This document shows positions 61,121-64,000 of a stretch of 64,000 bases of DNA, piece after piece. Each line of letters starts with the position of its first letter. The stretch's first letter is position 1. The translations under genes were made by a program, and so were the position numbers. This DNA comes from Ascidiella aspersa (taxonomy: Eukaryota). The stretch lies in assembly GCA_963924565.1 (NCBI GenBank), contig OZ004611.1:17980001-18044000 (forward strand), read 5' to 3'. A model generated the notes under the pieces. The model saw nothing but the letters and a program-made list of their open reading frames with translations. It was not told the origin of the DNA and made no database searches.

Positions 61121-64000
61121 CGTTAAAAGCAACATATCCCCATTTAATGCAGTGATAAAAAAAATTTGGCTTTACATGTTGAGGTTGTTTTAATGTACAT
61201 CAACACCTTTTTCAAACACAGGAGCAAGCGTACTAATGTCGGAGACCCCACACGCCGCAAAAATTGCTACATCAATAAGTTAACGCTTGTTCTTTTAGTA
61301 TTTGATATTTACGCTATGTGTAAAATCAGTACCAAGTTAGAGTTTGTTATTTAAGTATTTGCTAGTTTCCTTTCATTATTTTGGACAAGTATGCATGAGT
61401 GTACGATACTCGTGGAGAGTAGAAGTCTTTAAAAAATAAAATAAGGAAGGAAAAAACGTTGCATTTCAATTAGAACTATAGATAGATAGATAACAATTCC
61501 TCGATTTTCATATTAGACAAATTTTAGCGCAACCCTAAAAAGCATTGTTTTTTTCATTTGTTGAATTACCACCATAGCAGGACCGTAAATAAAGTTCACA
61601 AAAGATGAATGCTGTACGTTCGAGAGTCGCAGATTTGCAACCGTTCCATTATTTGGTTATAGTTGTGATAAAATTTAAAAGTGAAAATTAAAACAACGAA
61701 ATATCACGGTCTGTGACCCGTTAACTCACCATTCAAAAAGGGTGTGTTTAAAGAGCAGTTTTCGCAAAACCAGTAAAAAAATCTCATTACAAAATATTTA
61801 AAGTTGTGAAAACTTTCTATCTTGTAAAATCAAAAGAGTAACAAAAGAAAAAGGGCCCATCTTCGAGAACATGGAATTTTGGCGACATTAAACGTATTCG
61901 CGTAAAAAATCTATGTGGTGATCCGCTTATCATTAAATACGCGAAGCTCGGCAAAACGTAAACATTTTCAGTTCCAGCAGGAACGAAGGAAAAGGGAAAT
62001 TGCGCTGTCAAAAGTGTGTTAGTCTTGTAAGCAGGGCGTTGAAGCCGACCTACAGCACATGCGTAAGGAGCCACTTAAAACGGTTTAGTCGCTACTTCAG
62101 TGAAGGAGGGTTTAGCCTCCAGCTATGTACGCCAATTATATGTTTTCAGTTTTTGCGAAGGGTACGATCCTATGGTTTAACGGCCAATGCGTGGCGTTTA
62201 CAAATTTATGGAGATGTATTGGGGCAATAAATAATATCGTCGCGCTGTTTGTTTTTTACGATGGACAACTTTAAATCGATATGCAACGTGTAGAGAGCGT
62301 TTGCTAACATTTATAAAATAGCATATTGGTAAAGATTATACGGAAATAAACTATATTATTTTTTGCCATCCGATGTTGCCTTTCTAAGTATGGCAGCAAC
62401 ATTTTCCCCAAACGCAATTTGTGATGGTGAAAATCACTGACAGTCGGGACAATTTATATTCATTTGCACAAATACTGAACGAGACTATTATGCAATTTTT
62501 AAACGTTTGTAGATGATTCATTGCTAGTTAAATAAAGTCTTGTCTTAAAAAGGTTATCCTAAAATTAAAAATATAAATATACGCATAGCAAACAGTGTAA
62601 TGGGAAATATCATGACACCCAATCATTTCGTGGATATTTTGATTGCCTAAATTTGTGCTGAAACAGTTCGAATATCAAAATAGTTTTTACAACTAAACCT
62701 GTTCGATAAAAAACGTCAGCCTCGATGCGCCCACCGAAGCATTAAGATTTAGAAATAAACAAAAGCGAGCAGAGCCATTGTGACTGTGCCATTGAAAACA
62801 TCAAAAAACTAGAGGATGTCGCGTGCCCAGTGCATAGCGGGAATATTTTTGCGGCGGAGAAAAACTTCCTGTGGACCCGCGGGGTAGACCCGAGGATCCG
62901 TGAGAAGCCTGGGAAAATTTGCAACCCCTACATTCACATAGTCCAGCGAGTGTGTGCGATCAAAATAGCGGCCATTGTGGAAAGAGTTGTTTGAAAACTC
63001 GGGAACAAAAAGGAGACGGGTTCGATTCCCGCACGTTGCCGTTAAAATTGAAGTCCACTTGCTTTTCGGGGTGATGTACTACTTGGTTCTATTCTTACGA
63101 TCGGGGACGAATTTCGGGACGATTACTCGGGTTAGGAAATTTGCACCACAAAATTGGAACCAAATAAAAATGGATGAAAGCACGACCATTGTCTTCGTGG
63201 TTTAGCTGAATCGCTGAAACGAGCTATCGCACGCAACATTGGAATTTCGGGTTGGTGTGGCTATCACTGGAAACCAGTGAAGAAAAACGGAAGCTTTGCA
63301 AGCAAGAACTGGTGAACTCAAAATACATTATTTTAACTGAAGGTAACCAATATACATTTCATAGACAAAAAGGAAATTGAAAGTATTTTTTAAGACAAAT
63401 ACGTCGACAAAATCGACATAATCTTTTTAAGACAACCTATTTGGCTTTGGTATTCATTTTAGGAAGAAAATTATGCATAAGGAAGAAAATTATGTATACA
63501 ATAGTAAGAAAACGCCGGGAAGTTTTGTTTGGGTGTGCAGGTTAGGCAACTTACTTCTGGCGTATTTTAAAATTACTAAACATATGGCATGTTGGGTGTT
63601 GGAATCCAAATATTTATTTTTGAAAATAATAAAAAAAGAAATAATACGGCAAAATAATGTTTATGACCTTAGAAAATCGCTATGGCTTAATCTTAACGAA
63701 ATTGTTTTTGTGTCGCTTTCTGCATTTTAAAATATTTTGATATATTATATAAAATGTATTAATATATATTTTTAATAAAATCACCCACTAAGCCAACAGA
63801 CTAAAATCGGGTTCAATGAAAAATGAAAGATTTATTTTATGTTGTTAAATAATGTTACACTTTTGTCATGAAAAGCACCAATAATCCTAATATTGCATCT
63901 ATATATACCCGAATTCTTCTACAAAAAAATTTGCTGGCCAGTACTAACTGCTGAATTTCTGCTGTAGTTACAGAACTAGGCTAATTTTCGAAAAACCGTT

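Noticed and set aside
39990-63498. Short tandem duplications (~28 bp at ~39991, 27 bp at 60074, 19 bp at 63461) considered as CRISPR-like or functional arrays
   Set aside because: Only two copies each, no spacer array, eukaryotic context; ordinary slippage duplications.

Overview
Eukaryotic, AT-rich genomic DNA. An invertebrate chordate, probably an ascidian, is inferred from the gene set, compact introns and MITE types; the species cannot be fixed from sequence alone. Three protein-coding genes can be reconstructed by hand with in-frame GT-AG splicing. (1) A 5-exon minus-strand gene (3649-6626, 257 aa) encodes a secreted protein: signal peptide, 9 Gly-X-Y triplets, CxC, a coiled-coil neck and an F5/8 type C (discoidin) domain. 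(2) A SoxB1 (Sox1/2/3) gene on the plus strand (32224-34875, 409 aa) has a phase-0 intron inside the HMG box. (3) The last two exons of MPDU1 lie on the minus strand (55320-55835), convergent with SoxB1, and are preceded by an apparently >8 kb intron. The first ~15.4 kb is dense in MITEs and other mobile-element relics, including a nested pair with perfect 8-bp target-site duplications. From ~16 kb to the end, 200-500 bp GC/CpG-rich islands alternate with AT-rich spacers and recognisable transposons are scarce, as expected for a large developmental cis-regulatory landscape. Most notable: the SoxB1-MPDU1 tail-to-tail linkage, which echoes mammalian SOX15-MPDU1 and is a candidate genomic regulatory block; the collectin-like collagen-discoidin protein; a 64-bp-arm near-perfect hairpin upstream of SoxB1; and a D-armless tRNA-like fold at ~63 kb. 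Almost all ORFs in the supplied track are spurious.
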